A stretch of DNA of 64,000 nucleotides from an uncultured cyanobacterium (GCA_963793265.1 CAWBZI010000006.1:576001-640000); one strand, 5' to 3'. Positions 40,941 through 51,469 are shown, numbered from the stretch's first letter. The notes: generated from the letters alone by a model not told the origin. Numbers and translations: made by a program.

Positions 40941-40984
40941 ACTTTATGTAGCTAGCAGGCTAGCCGATTGATGAAGCCTACAGC

Positions 40985-41239
40985 TTAGCGACGAGGCTCG
41001 CGAGGCTTGGCTTTATTCACGCGCAAATCGCGGCCCATCCATTCAGCACCGTCAAGTGCATCAATGGCGGCTTGCTCTTCAGCGTCGCTACCCAAGTCTA
41101 CAAAGGCAAAGCCACGTACGCGGCCTGTTTCACGGTCAGTAGGAAGCGTGAGGCGCTTTACAGTGCCATACTCGCCAAATACACCGTTCAAATCGGCCTC
41201 AGTTACATCGTAGGAAAGATTCCCAACATAAACGCCCAT
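40985..41239 (-). CDS. RRM RNA-binding protein (rbp family)
   Basis: RNP2 VYVGNL, RNP1 RGFAFV and GAEWMGR. Confidence 0.95.
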   Translation of the reverse strand: MGVYVGNLSYDVTEADLNGVFGEYGTVKRLTLPTDRETGRVRGFAFVDLGSDAEEQAAIDALDGAEWMGRDLRVNKAKPREPRR

Positions 41240-41390
41240 ATCAATAGTCTCCGAAAGAAATTAAACAACAGTGGAAGCGGAAGTGGTCATCAGTTGACCA
41301 AGGTTGAAACCAAAGACAGGAAGCTTGACTTGGAAAAAGCAATTCATCACTCTACTTACTAATAGCTTTCTCTTTTACCAAAGAAAGTTC

Positions 41391-41431
41391 GTTGTTTTTG
41401 GTTTGTCTTTTCAGTTCAAACCAAAAACAAC
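41391..41431. other. 15-bp inverted repeat between rbp paralogs
   Basis: GTTGTTTTTGGTTTG-N11-CAAACCAAAAACAAC. Confidence 0.7.
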
Positions 41432-41500
41432 AGGTCTATAGATAGAGGTTACAGATGAGATTGTTCCTGACGTTAATTATTAGTGATTTTCAAGCGAAAG

Positions 41501-41752
41501 CTATCTAGGCTCGCGAGGCTTAGCTTTGTTGACCCGCAAATCGCGGCCCATCCACTCAGCACCGTCAAGCGCTTCAATCGCAGCGTCTTCTTCAGAATCA
41601 CTGCTCAAATCTACGAAAGCAAAACCCCGTACGCGGCCTGTTTCGCGGTCGGTCGGCAGCGTCACGCGCTTCACCGTACCGTACTCGCCAAAAACGCCGT
41701 TCAGGTCGTCTTGGGTCACATCATAGGAAAGATTTCCTACATAAACGCCCAT
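41501..41752 (-). CDS. RRM RNA-binding protein (rbp family)
   Basis: Same motifs; close paralog of both neighbours. Confidence 0.95.
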   Translation of the reverse strand: MGVYVGNLSYDVTQDDLNGVFGEYGTVKRVTLPTDRETGRVRGFAFVDLSSDSEEDAAIEALDGAEWMGRDLRVNKAKPREPR

Positions 41753-41914
41753 ATCTAATAGTCTCCAAAAAATCGAATGAAATGACGGCCAACAACCAAT
41801 GCAACAAGCCTTAGACTCTCTTGAGAATCCAAGGCAGGTTGAAATATGGGTTAGTCAGCCGGTTGCTGAACACTGAAATGTAACAAAAAGAAATCTAACA
41901 AAAAGGTCAATGGC

Positions 41915-42169
41915 TTAGCGACGCGGTTCGCGAGGCTTGGCTTTGTTGACACGCAGATCGCGGCCCATCCATTCAGCACCGTCGAGCGCTTCAATAGCGG
42001 CATCTTCCTCGGTGTCAGAATCAAGGTCTACGAAGGCAAAACCGCGTACACGACCGGTTTCACGATCAGTAGGTAGGGTGACGCGCTTGACGGTGCCGTA
42101 TTCGGCAAAGACGCTGTTCAAGTCAGCCTCTGTTACGTCATAGGAAAGGTTTCCTACATAAACGCCCAT
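41915..42169 (-). CDS. RRM RNA-binding protein (rbp family)
   Basis: Same motifs; close paralog. Confidence 0.95.
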   Translation of the reverse strand: MGVYVGNLSYDVTEADLNSVFAEYGTVKRVTLPTDRETGRVRGFAFVDLDSDTEEDAAIEALDGAEWMGRDLRVNKAKPREPRR

Positions 42170-42374
42170 GCAAATAAGTCTCCAGAAATTAAAACAGGGT
42201 ATTGAGAATGATGGTCGGACGGAAGCCTGTAGAAATCAAGGGAAACCCTTTGAATTGAAAACAGAAAAGCAAACCTGTAACCGATATCGAGTTCTTCTCT
42301 TTCATCTTATAGCGAATTTGATAAGAGAGCGCATTTGATTGAGAAGATATCGTCACATTTCATTAATTCTGTGC

Positions 42375-43262
42375 TTAACGTATCGACATAATTATCACAC
42401 CGCTGACCATAATCGCTGCGCCCAGCAGCCGCTCTCGCAGTCCTTTTTCACCAAAGAAGAAGTGTCCAAAAGCTACTGATAGCAAAGCGCTCATGCGTTT
42501 TACAGCGATCACTTGAGCAACGGGTGCCATTGGCAGTGCAAGCATTTGGAAAACAATGGCGATCGCATTGAACCCCCCAGTAATTCCTATCAATCGCCAT
42601 TGCAATATCAATGGACGCAGCCCCTGCTTAATGCCTCTACGGAAAACAAAAGGCACCATGCCGCCTGCAATCGTGGCAAAAAGTGCGATCGCCCAACATA
42701 AAGGCGAAGAATTGACCACCCCTATTTTGTCAAAATTAGACGTAATACTCCAAATAAATGCCACGCAAAGCATCAGCCGACTGCCCGGATTTTGCGCCAT
42801 CGCTAGCAGCGGCGACCAAGGGGTGCGATCGCCCACTTCACTAGCAGACACCATCGGCTTTAAGTTCAGCACATACGATCCAATCACCAGCAGCACCACG
42901 CCAACCCCATCAGCCGCCGTTGGCCACTCTTGAACAATCAGCGGCGAAGTCACCAGTAAAAACAGCGGCGTGAGCGTCACCAACGGCACCGTCAAAGACA
43001 AATCGGCCAGCTTGAGGGCTCGAACGTAGAGCGTGAAGGCCAAAATGTTGAGGCTACCGCCGACCAATAGCGCCCACCAAAAATTAGGCTGGATTGGAGG
43101 AAAGCCGCCTGAGAGCAGTATCACAGGAAGGAGTAGCACCACGCCAACGGCCATAAAGCCAAACAGCACTGAATATTCATCTAATGTTTTCAGGCTTTGT
43201 TTGCCCGTAGCATCTTTGCAGGCTTCAAAAAAAGCAGTCAACGAAGCAAAAAATAGCCACAT
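42375..43262 (-). CDS. EamA/DMT family transporter
   Basis: About 10 TM helices in two repeats; DLSLTVPL and AVKRMSALL. Confidence 0.85.
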   Translation of the reverse strand: MWLFFASLTAFFEACKDATGKQSLKTLDEYSVLFGFMAVGVVLLLPVILLSGGFPPIQPNFWWALLVGGSLNILAFTLYVRALKLADLSLTVPLVTLTPLFLLVTSPLIVQEWPTAADGVGVVLLVIGSYVLNLKPMVSASEVGDRTPWSPLLAMAQNPGSRLMLCVAFIWSITSNFDKIGVVNSSPLCWAIALFATIAGGMVPFVFRRGIKQGLRPLILQWRLIGITGGFNAIAIVFQMLALPMAPVAQVIAVKRMSALLSVAFGHFFFGEKGLRERLLGAAIMVSGVIIMSIR

Positions 43263-43308
43263 GTAGGCAACTCAGTTTTTTTATGGGTTCGAGCTAAACA
43301 TTCAACAC

Positions 43309-44244
43309 CTAAACGTTCAGCACAACTGAAAGCGTCATACCCACCAGCAGCACAAAGCCAATCGTCACATTTTGCCGAAAGATATTGCCAAACACCTTGG
43401 GCGACTTTGGCCCTCGCGCGAGCTGACGATACTGCCGGAACCAAAGATAGGCTGCTAGGCCCAAAGATAGCCAGTAGAAAATGCCCAAAGGCAGCACAAT
43501 ACCTAGCCAGGCCAGCATCAGCGTCGTCCCTACAAAAAAAAGTCCTACCGCCTGGGGAGCCCGCCGCCCAAAAAAGATCGCGCTGGAGTTAATACCGAGC
43601 TTCAGATCAAATTCTCGGTCGGGAATGGCGTACACCGTATCGAACCCCAGCGTCCACAGCACCGTTGCCGCCCACAGCAGCCAGGTTGGAAACACAATAC
43701 TGCTGGTAACCGCGCTCCAGCTAATGAGCACCGCGAAGCCCCAGGCTATTGAAAGGACAAGCTGAGGAACGGGGAAAACGCGCTTTGCCAGCGGATAGAG
43801 CACAATCACAGGCACAGCGGCCACACATAGCCAGAAGCTCAGGGAGTTGAGGTAGAAAGACAGCCCCCACGCGCAGAAGAAAGACACTAAAGCAACGCCG
43901 ATGCCGACTTTTACCGAAAGCGCCTTTGCTGCTAAAGGTCTAGTTTTGGTGCGCTCTACCTGCGTGTCAATATCGCGATCCCATAGGTCATTAACAACGC
44001 AACCGCCTGCGCTAGTGGCTAACGTGCCCAGTACAATCACGCCGATCAGAGGCAGCTCGGGCAGTCGCTCAGCTAGCGGCAGTCGTTCGGGTAGTCCGCT
44101 GGCAGCGAGTACGACAGCCCAAAGGGCAGGCACCATTAAAATCAATCTTCCAGCGGGCTTATCCCAGCGCAGCAGGCGGACTACGGTAAGCCACGTGGGC
44201 TCGGAGGAAGCATCTTGGAGCTGGCCGTCTACAGCGGGTTTCAT
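43309..44244 (-). CDS. 4-hydroxybenzoate solanesyltransferase (UbiA family)
   Basis: LLRWDKPAG, NDLWDRDID...RTKTRPLA and FDTVYA; ATG at 44244. Confidence 0.92.
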   Translation of the reverse strand: MKPAVDGQLQDASSEPTWLTVVRLLRWDKPAGRLILMVPALWAVVLAASGLPERLPLAERLPELPLIGVIVLGTLATSAGGCVVNDLWDRDIDTQVERTKTRPLAAKALSVKVGIGVALVSFFCAWGLSFYLNSLSFWLCVAAVPVIVLYPLAKRVFPVPQLVLSIAWGFAVLISWSAVTSSIVFPTWLLWAATVLWTLGFDTVYAIPDREFDLKLGINSSAIFFGRRAPQAVGLFFVGTTLMLAWLGIVLPLGIFYWLSLGLAAYLWFRQYRQLARGPKSPKVFGNIFRQNVTIGFVLLVGMTLSVVLNV

Positions 44245-44354
44245 AAAAAGGTTTAATCGTGTATCTCGTATCACTCACAATACTTTAGATTTTTCGCTTT
44301 CGTTTTTAAGGTGAGTTGCAAAGAATGGGCAGCGATCGCCCACCCTCTCTATAG

Positions 44355-44375
44355 TTTTGGTCTTACCCACCAAAT
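44355..44375. promoter_or_regulatory. Possible second NrtR operator
   Basis: TTTTGGT-N7-ACCAAAT, same geometry as the main box. Confidence 0.5.
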
Positions 44376-44442
44376 AGAGCAGCCCTGTAAAGCCATCATT
44401 TGCAAACAAAGTATCCAAAGACCGATGACAATCGCCGCTTAT

Positions 44443-44463
44443 TTATGGTTAAAATGACCATAA
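44443..44463. promoter_or_regulatory. NrtR operator
   Basis: TTATGGTTAAAATGACCATAA palindrome (GT-N7-AC core) upstream of the pncB-nadD-nrtR-nadE operon. Confidence 0.8.
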
Positions 44464-44490
44464 GTCGTCGAGGTTAGAGATCAAAAGCTC

Positions 44491-45927
44491 ATGGTATCTA
44501 CACAAAATGATTCGCTCAGAGTAGACGTTGCGCTTACATCAAAAGAAGCAGCTCACACGTTGAACACTGCGCCCGCTACCAACTCGTTGACAGTTGCCGA
44601 AGACGAGTATGGGCTACTGACTGACCTGTATCAGCTCACGATGTCGGCCTGCTACGCCGGGGAAGATCTGCATCAGCGGCTTGCTAGCTTTGAGCTATTT
44701 ACCCGTAAGCTACCAGCAGGCTACGGCTATTTAGTCGCGATGGGTCTGGAGCAAGGGCTGGAATATTTAGAGAAGCTGAGCTTTAGTCCAACCCAGATTT
44801 TACATTTGCAGAGAACAAGGATTTTTGAGCACGCGCCCGATAGCTTTTGGGGGATGCTGGAAGATTTTCAGTTTGAAGGCGATGTGTGGGCGGTACCTGA
44901 AGGCACACCAATATTTGCGAATGAGCCGATGCTGCGAATCCAAGCGCCGCTATGGCAGGCGCAGATTGTAGAAACTTATCTGCTCAATACGCTGAACTAT
45001 CAAACCCTAATTGCAACGCGGGCGGCGCGGCTGAGGCAGGCGGCCGGGCCTGATGCGAAACTGTACGAGTTTGGCACCCGGCGAGCCTTTAGCCCGCAAG
45101 GATCGCTTTGGGCAGCGCGGGCGGCTTTGGCAGGCGGACTCGATGCAACCTCTAATGTGCTCGCGGCGCTCAAGCTAGGCCAGCAGCCGGTCGGAACGAT
45201 GGCGCACGCGCTGGTGATGGCAGTTTCGGCCTTGGAAGGCAGTGAAGACAGCGGGTTTGAGGCTTTTCATCGCTATTTTCCTGGCGCGCCTCTATTAATA
45301 GATACCTACGATACGACAGCAGCAGCGGAGCGGCTGGCGAAAAAGGTGGCCGATGGAATGCCTTTGAAGGGCGTACGGATTGATTCAGGGGATTTGGGTG
45401 AGATGGCAAAGGTGGTGCGATCGCATCTCCCCAACACACCCATCTTTGCCAGCGGCGATCTCGATGAGTATGCGATCGCACACCTCCGCCAAAACAACGC
45501 CTGCATCGATGGCTACGGCCTCGGCACAAAGTTGGTCACAGGCTCACCTGTTAATGGCGTCTATAAATTAGTGGATATTGATGGCACGGCAGTGATGAAA
45601 GAATCTAGCGGGAAGGTGACTTACCCAGGGTGCAAGCAGATTTTTCGGCAGTATGAGGGCGGGCAGATTGTGGGCGATCGCCTAGCGCTTAATATTGAAG
45701 CCTCCTACGAGAACGAGCAGCCCTTACTTCAGCGGGTGATGCACAACGGACGCAGGCTTGCAGAGGCTCCAAGTTTAGAAGACATTGCCAAACGTGCGAC
45801 CAAAGCTGTAGCGGCACTACCGGAATCTGTGCGTAGGTTGCAGAAGGCAGAAGCCGCTACCGGTAGAAATCTCTCATGGATTAGACAATCTTCTAGAATC
45901 AACTCGGCGAAAATGATTATTAGATAG
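44491..45927 (+). CDS. pncB: Nicotinate phosphoribosyltransferase (possible +1 frameshift near the C-terminus)
   Basis: LLTDLYQLTM, EFGTRRA, GTMAH, IDTYD, RIDSGD and ASGDLDE. Confidence 0.93.
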   Translation: MVSTQNDSLRVDVALTSKEAAHTLNTAPATNSLTVAEDEYGLLTDLYQLTMSACYAGEDLHQRLASFELFTRKLPAGYGYLVAMGLEQGLEYLEKLSFSPTQILHLQRTRIFEHAPDSFWGMLEDFQFEGDVWAVPEGTPIFANEPMLRIQAPLWQAQIVETYLLNTLNYQTLIATRAARLRQAAGPDAKLYEFGTRRAFSPQGSLWAARAALAGGLDATSNVLAALKLGQQPVGTMAHALVMAVSALEGSEDSGFEAFHRYFPGAPLLIDTYDTTAAAERLAKKVADGMPLKGVRIDSGDLGEMAKVVRSHLPNTPIFASGDLDEYAIAHLRQNNACIDGYGLGTKLVTGSPVNGVYKLVDIDGTAVMKESSGKVTYPGCKQIFRQYEGGQIVGDRLALNIEASYENEQPLLQRVMHNGRRLAEAPSLEDIAKRATKAVAALPESVRRLQKAEAATGRNLSWIRQSSRINSAKMIIR

Positions 45928-45965
45928 GCGCATTTGTTTAACTGTTGTTTAGCTATTTTTTTACT

Positions 45966-46604
45966 ATGGCTTTTTGGATAAAACCAGCACGAGTTGCGCT
46001 CTTTGGAACTAGCGCCGATCCGCCGCATGTTGGACACCAGAGTATTTTGACCTGGCTAGCTGAAGACTTTGATCAGGTGGCGGTATGGGCGGCTGAGAAT
46101 CCGTATAAGAAGAAGCAGTCTCCTCTGGGCGATCGCGCCGAAATGCTGCGGCTACTGATAGAGACTTTGCCAAACAAAGAGAGCGTAGAGGTGTATCAGA
46201 GCTTGAGCGATCGCTACAGTATTCACTCAATTGCGCGTGCGCGTCAGATCTGGCCAAACGCACAATTCACGCTTGTTGTCGGCGCTGATTTAGTTGAACA
46301 GTTGCCTAAGTGGTACCAGGCCAAAGAGATCTTTGAGCAGGTTGAAATACTGGTGTTCCCACGTCCCGGCTATACCATTGGCGGGCCAGCTTTAGCAGCG
46401 CTACAACAGCAGGCCACCGTCACCATTGCGCATCCGCCAACCCAATACAACATTGCCTCTAGCAGCTATCGTGCCACCAACTGTAGTGAAGTACCAGACG
46501 ATCTCCCACCCGTCATTCAGCGCTATATTAGCGAGCACGACCTGTATCCCTGCTTACACACCCCACACACCGCCCCCAAAGAACAAGTCTCGTCGCACCG
46601 ATAA
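45966..46604 (+). CDS. nadD: Nicotinate-nucleotide adenylyltransferase
   Basis: FGTSADPPHVGH, GADL, PRPG and SSS motifs. Confidence 0.88.
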   Translation: MAFWIKPARVALFGTSADPPHVGHQSILTWLAEDFDQVAVWAAENPYKKKQSPLGDRAEMLRLLIETLPNKESVEVYQSLSDRYSIHSIARARQIWPNAQFTLVVGADLVEQLPKWYQAKEIFEQVEILVFPRPGYTIGGPALAALQQQATVTIAHPPTQYNIASSSYRATNCSEVPDDLPPVIQRYISEHDLYPCLHTPHTAPKEQVSSHR

Positions 46605-46625
46605 AGCCGCTGGCAACCGTTCGCT

Positions 46626-47381
46626 ATGAAACCCACCACCATTCACCTCACCAACCCACTCGCACCATCGTCACCTGTCGCAGAACTCGCTGACTTCAAA
46701 GTAGGGGTAGATACCGTCATTTTTTCAGTAGATACTGAACAAAACCGACTGCTGGTGCTGCTAGTCATGCGGCACGAAGACCCGCACAGCGGCTACTGGA
46801 GCTTGCCAGGCACTTTAGTGCAAGTCGGAGAATCATTAGAAGCTGCTGCCGATCGAGCGCTGACCGAAAAGATTAGGGTGAACAACCTCTATTTAGAACA
46901 ACTCTTTACCTTTGGCGGGCCTAATCGCGACCAGAGAGAGGCCAAAGATGCCTATAACGTTCGCTATCTTTCGGTCAGCTACTTCGCCTTGGTACGCTAC
47001 GAAGACACCGCACTAATCGCTGATGGCGTCAGTGGAATCGCCTGGTATCCACTCAACCGCGTACCCAAGCTCGCCTTCGACCACAATCAAATTTTGACCT
47101 ACGGCTACCAAAGGTTGCGTAACAAGCTCGAATATAGTCCGGTTGCCTTTGACGTACTGCCTGATACCTTTACGCTAAGCGATGTTTATCAGCTCTATGC
47201 AACGGTGTTAGGAGAAGACTTTTCAGACTATTCAAACTTTCGCACAAGGCTGCTGAAGCTGGGAATTTTGCAAGATACGAAAGTGAAAACATCGAGAGGC
47301 GCAGGGCGTCCGGCAAGCCTGTACCGATTTGATGCAGAGGCTTTTGAACCACTTAAAAACAAACCGATGGTATTCCTGTAA
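46626..47381 (+). CDS. nrtR: NrtR (Nudix + wHTH) transcriptional regulator
   Basis: WSLPG, YLEQLFTFG, LAFDH, SNFR and GAGRPASLY. Confidence 0.88.
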   Translation: MKPTTIHLTNPLAPSSPVAELADFKVGVDTVIFSVDTEQNRLLVLLVMRHEDPHSGYWSLPGTLVQVGESLEAAADRALTEKIRVNNLYLEQLFTFGGPNRDQREAKDAYNVRYLSVSYFALVRYEDTALIADGVSGIAWYPLNRVPKLAFDHNQILTYGYQRLRNKLEYSPVAFDVLPDTFTLSDVYQLYATVLGEDFSDYSNFRTRLLKLGILQDTKVKTSRGAGRPASLYRFDAEAFEPLKNKPMVFL

Positions 47382-47416
47382 AAGAGATATTTAAGAGAGA
47401 CACTAAGAGATATTTT

Positions 47417-49159
47417 ATGAAGATTGCGATCGCTCAGCTCAACCCCACCATTGGCGACATTTCCGGCAACGCCGACCAGATTCTCTCAGCCGCCCAAGCA
47501 GCAGCAAACCAAGGCGCTGACCTGCTGCTCACCCCTGAGCTTTCCCTATGCGGCTATCCCCCCCGAGATCTCCTCATGCGGCCTAGCTTCGTTCAACAAA
47601 TGGCACAAAAAGTAGCTGATATTGCCAAAGCGCTACCGCCGACGCTCACGGCCTTAGTGGGCCTTGCCGCCGCCAATAAAAACGCTCACCTAAAAGGAGA
47701 GAAACCTGTTTACAACAGCATGGCGCTTTTGCACTCAGGGAAAGTTCAAGCAATCTTTCACAAGCGTTTGCTACCGACCTACGACGTGTTTGACGACGAT
47801 CGCTACTTTGAATCAGGCACTCAGGCCAATAGTTTCACCTTGAAGTGCAAAAGCGGCGCTGTTCATATCGGCGTCACCATCTGCGAAGACCTTTGGAACA
47901 GCGAAGACTTTTGGGGCAAACGCGCCTACCCAATAGATCCGACCAAAGAGCTGGTTGAAAAGGGCGTAGATCTGGTTGTGAACTTGTCAGCATCCCCTTT
48001 TATTGTGGGCAAGCAGTCTTTAAGAGAGCGGATGATTGCACATGCAGCCAAGCAAAACGAGTGCCCTATTGTCTATGTCAATCAGGTTGGCGGCAATGAC
48101 GATTTAATCTTTGACGGTCAGAGTATCGCGGTTGACCGTAAAGGAGAATTAGTCAGCCGGGCTACAGCCTTTGAGAGTGATTTTCAAACGCTAGAATTTG
48201 ACATGGGCTCGAAAGACTTACGCAAAGGTGAGGTGAAAGAGATGCCCGCTGTAGCAGAAGCTGAAATTTGGGCGGCGCTGGTGCTAGGCGTGAAAGATTA
48301 TGCGCGGAAGTGTGGCTTTAGTAAGGCAGTGATTGGCTTAAGTGGTGGTGTAGACTCTGCGGTGGTGAGTGCGATCGCAGCTACCGCCCTTGGCCCCGAA
48401 AACGTACTTGGCATCCTCATGCCCTCCCCTCACAGCTCCGACCACTCAATTAGCGACGCCCAACAGCTTGCAGATAATCTAGGCATCACCACCCAGACCA
48501 TTCCTATTGGCACCCTGATGGCAGGCTACGACAGTACGCTAGATAGTTTATTCGCAGGCACCGAAAGCGGCGTCACCGAAGAAAACTTACAGTCCCGAAT
48601 TCGCGGCAACTTGCTGATGGCTATTAGCAATAAGTTTGGTCATTTGCTGCTGACAACAGGAAACAAATCGGAAGTCGCGGTCGGCTACTGTACGCTGTAT
48701 GGCGATATGAACGGTGGGCTAGCGGTGATCGCAGACGTGCCAAAAACGCGGGTGTATTCACTTTGCCGCTGGCTGAATCACGAGCGTGAAATTATCCCGA
48801 GCAACATTATCACCAAGCCGCCCAGCGCAGAACTCAAGCCAGGTCAGGTCGATCAAGACTCTCTACCTGACTACGATATATTAGACGATATTCTTGAGCG
48901 CTTAGTGCAAAAGCAACAGTCCGCAGAAGATATTATCGCGGCGGGCCACCCGGCAGAAGTTGTGAAAAGAGTGATTCGGCTAGTGACACGCGCGGAGTTT
49001 AAGCGGCGGCAGTCCGCACCTGTGCTAAAAGTCACCGATCGCGCTTTTGGCATGGGATGGCGAATGCCAATTGCGAGCCGATGGGCATTAGAGATTCCCG
49101 GCAATGAAGCGGTTAACGTACGTTCAAACCAGAATGCTAAGGAACTCGCATCAAAATAG
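47417..49159 (+). CDS. nadE: Glutamine-dependent NAD+ synthetase
   Basis: Nitrilase domain (PEL, K, ICEDLW) plus GLSGGVDS, ENLQSRIRG and GNKSE. Confidence 0.95.
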   Translation: MKIAIAQLNPTIGDISGNADQILSAAQAAANQGADLLLTPELSLCGYPPRDLLMRPSFVQQMAQKVADIAKALPPTLTALVGLAAANKNAHLKGEKPVYNSMALLHSGKVQAIFHKRLLPTYDVFDDDRYFESGTQANSFTLKCKSGAVHIGVTICEDLWNSEDFWGKRAYPIDPTKELVEKGVDLVVNLSASPFIVGKQSLRERMIAHAAKQNECPIVYVNQVGGNDDLIFDGQSIAVDRKGELVSRATAFESDFQTLEFDMGSKDLRKGEVKEMPAVAEAEIWAALVLGVKDYARKCGFSKAVIGLSGGVDSAVVSAIAATALGPENVLGILMPSPHSSDHSISDAQQLADNLGITTQTIPIGTLMAGYDSTLDSLFAGTESGVTEENLQSRIRGNLLMAISNKFGHLLLTTGNKSEVAVGYCTLYGDMNGGLAVIADVPKTRVYSLCRWLNHEREIIPSNIITKPPSAELKPGQVDQDSLPDYDILDDILERLVQKQQSAEDIIAAGHPAEVVKRVIRLVTRAEFKRRQSAPVLKVTDRAFGMGWRMPIASRWALEIPGNEAVNVRSNQNAKELASK

Positions 49160-49270
49160 AGTATGGCTGACGGTTGCCCTAGAATACAGTTGCAGGCGTA
49201 ATGCGATGCCATCAGGTTATGACCACGAGTTGCTAGGCTATAAGCGCACCCTAAGAGCCCATCAAGTGCT

Positions 49271-49564
49271 ATGACTGTCAGCAGCAAAACCGCGAAAAAA
49301 CTCCTCTACGACTTCATGTTTGAGAACGAAGATGCGAAGGAATGGGTAGAAGACGTATGGGGCTTGAGTCCCTTTTTAGGCCAGGGTGCGGCAAATGCTG
49401 CTGAAGTGCTAGGCGCGCTCATAGAAACCTGTTCAGAACGGCAGCTCAATCAGGTTGTCGCTAGCCTCTATGCAGCACACCAAGAGAGCATCCAAGAGCT
49501 GAGTTCGGCTAGCGAATGGCGCGTGGAAATAGATGCGAAAACGGTTGACTTTAAAGAGAAATAA
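49271..49564 (+). CDS. Hypothetical protein
   Basis: 97-aa ORF with no recognised motif. Confidence 0.6.
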   Translation: MTVSSKTAKKLLYDFMFENEDAKEWVEDVWGLSPFLGQGAANAAEVLGALIETCSERQLNQVVASLYAAHQESIQELSSASEWRVEIDAKTVDFKEK

Positions 49565-49609
49565 GCCGTTCTATCGTTCTCTTATTTGGGCAGCTACGAT
49601 GGCTAATAC

Positions 49610-50830
49610 CTAGCCTTGAGCCTGAGCAGGGAGTGGCTCGGGGCGAATAGAGAAGCTTTGACGGTTGCCTTGGCGATCGACCTCTAGCCGTAAGTCGCGC
49701 TCAAGGCCGTTTGACTCTACCGCGCTTTGCACATCTTTGCCGGTTGCGATCGCCTCACCGTTCACCTGGCTCACCACATCACCAGCTCTTAAGCCCGCCC
49801 TAGCCGCAGGCGAATCAGGCACCACGCTACCCACTAGCACACCGCTCTCAGCATCTACCCTAAAGCCAGTGTTCGGATCTTGGTTTAGCGAGTCGCGCAC
49901 TTCAGGCGTCAAGTTCACCATTTGAATGCCAATAAAAGGATGCTCTACTTTGCCGTTAGCAACAATCTGATCCGAAATTCGCTCTACCGCGTCAATTGGG
50001 ATCGCAAAGCCCAAGCCCTGGGCACCGCTGATAATCGCGGTATTCATACCAATCACTTCGCCCCTCGCATTGAGCAACGGCCCACCAGAGTTACCGGGAT
50101 TGATTGCCGCGTCCGTTTGAATAAAGCCGACACGGTTGTCAGGGATGCCGACCTGGCCGCTGGTGCGTCCGGTGGCGCTAACGATGCCGACTGTGACTGT
50201 ATTATCAAGGCCCAAGGGGTTGCCGATAGCGATCGCAACTTCTCCAGGCAATAGCTCAGCATTACTCACCGCTAACGTTGGCAAATTACTAGAATCGATA
50301 TCAATCACCGCCACATCCGTCAGCGAATCGCTACCGAGCACCCTGCCTTCAAAGGTGCGTCCGTCCTTGAGCGTCACCTGTACGGTATCAGCGCCTTCTA
50401 CCACGTGGGCATTCGTCAAAATGCGGCCATCTTCACTGACGATGAACCCTGAGCCCACGCCACTTCGGCTTCTCTCTTGAGGGGCTGAAGGCAGTCTGCC
50501 ACCAAAAAAGCGGCGAAACTCCTCCGGCATAGCAGAAGACTGACCAGACACGGTACGAGAGGCATTGATTCTTACCACCGCAGGGCCGACAGCCTGCACG
50601 ACTTCAGAGACAGAATTTGCCTCTGTTGGAAGCGTCAAGTTTGCAGGCGTCGTTTGGTAGGCCCGCTGAGCGGTAGCAATCGGCTGAGGCGACTCTTGAC
50701 TCTGGACATAATATGCACCTGTCGTTGCAGCGCCAGCGCCTAGCATTACCAAAGCAAGAGAAGTCGCTAACCGCTTGCTAGCGCCGCCTGATGAACGTTG
50801 ATTGGAATTGGAAGGATGATTGTCTGTCAT
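49610..50830 (-). CDS. HtrA/HhoA-family serine protease with PDZ domain
   Basis: TNAHVV, DVAV, GNSGGPL and C-terminal PDZ. Confidence 0.93.
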   Translation of the reverse strand: MTDNHPSNSNQRSSGGASKRLATSLALVMLGAGAATTGAYYVQSQESPQPIATAQRAYQTTPANLTLPTEANSVSEVVQAVGPAVVRINASRTVSGQSSAMPEEFRRFFGGRLPSAPQERSRSGVGSGFIVSEDGRILTNAHVVEGADTVQVTLKDGRTFEGRVLGSDSLTDVAVIDIDSSNLPTLAVSNAELLPGEVAIAIGNPLGLDNTVTVGIVSATGRTSGQVGIPDNRVGFIQTDAAINPGNSGGPLLNARGEVIGMNTAIISGAQGLGFAIPIDAVERISDQIVANGKVEHPFIGIQMVNLTPEVRDSLNQDPNTGFRVDAESGVLVGSVVPDSPAARAGLRAGDVVSQVNGEAIATGKDVQSAVESNGLERDLRLEVDRQGNRQSFSIRPEPLPAQAQG

Positions 50831-51022
50831 AAGAGATTTGATCAGAAGTTAGGATTGACGACTTCATACAGCATAAGCAGCCGGTTTGACAGCGGTATGA
50901 CGAGGGTATAGCAATCATGTGATGAGTCAGCTCGGGCGTAAAGATCACCCCGGCGAAGGACAACGTATGCAAGAGTGGGCTGTTCTAATGGCTATTCGCA
51001 GCAATAGAAGGACATCTGAATT

Positions 51023-51448
51023 ATGGATAGCAAATCAACCGTTGTTTGGCAGGGAAGCGTTAAAGAAGGGAAGGGCGAAATTACGACTGAGAGCGGTGTG
51101 CTCAAGAACTCGGTATATACCTATGGCACTCGCTTTGAAGACAATCCTGGCACTAATCCTGAAGAACTAATTGCCGCTGCTCATGCCGCTTGTTTTACGA
51201 TGGCAACTGCTGACGAGATGGGCAGTGCGGGTGTGACGCCTGAGCGGTTGCAGACGATTGCAACGGTAACGCTCAGCACAGAGGGCAATGAGCCTGAAGT
51301 CTCTCAGATTCATTTAGATGTAACGGCGAAGCTGCCTGCAAGTGATAAAGAAGCTTTTGAGAAAGCAGCTAACTCTGCGAAGGAGAACTGTCCTATTTCT
51401 AGACTGTTGAATGCGGATATTACGATGGATACGCATTTAGAAAGCTAG
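51023..51448 (+). CDS. osmC: OsmC family peroxiredoxin
   Basis: NPEELIAAAHAACF...AKENCPIS. Confidence 0.9.
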   Translation: MDSKSTVVWQGSVKEGKGEITTESGVLKNSVYTYGTRFEDNPGTNPEELIAAAHAACFTMATADEMGSAGVTPERLQTIATVTLSTEGNEPEVSQIHLDVTAKLPASDKEAFEKAANSAKENCPISRLLNADITMDTHLES

Positions 51449-51469
51449 GGCGAGATAGGGTGTTTTAGC

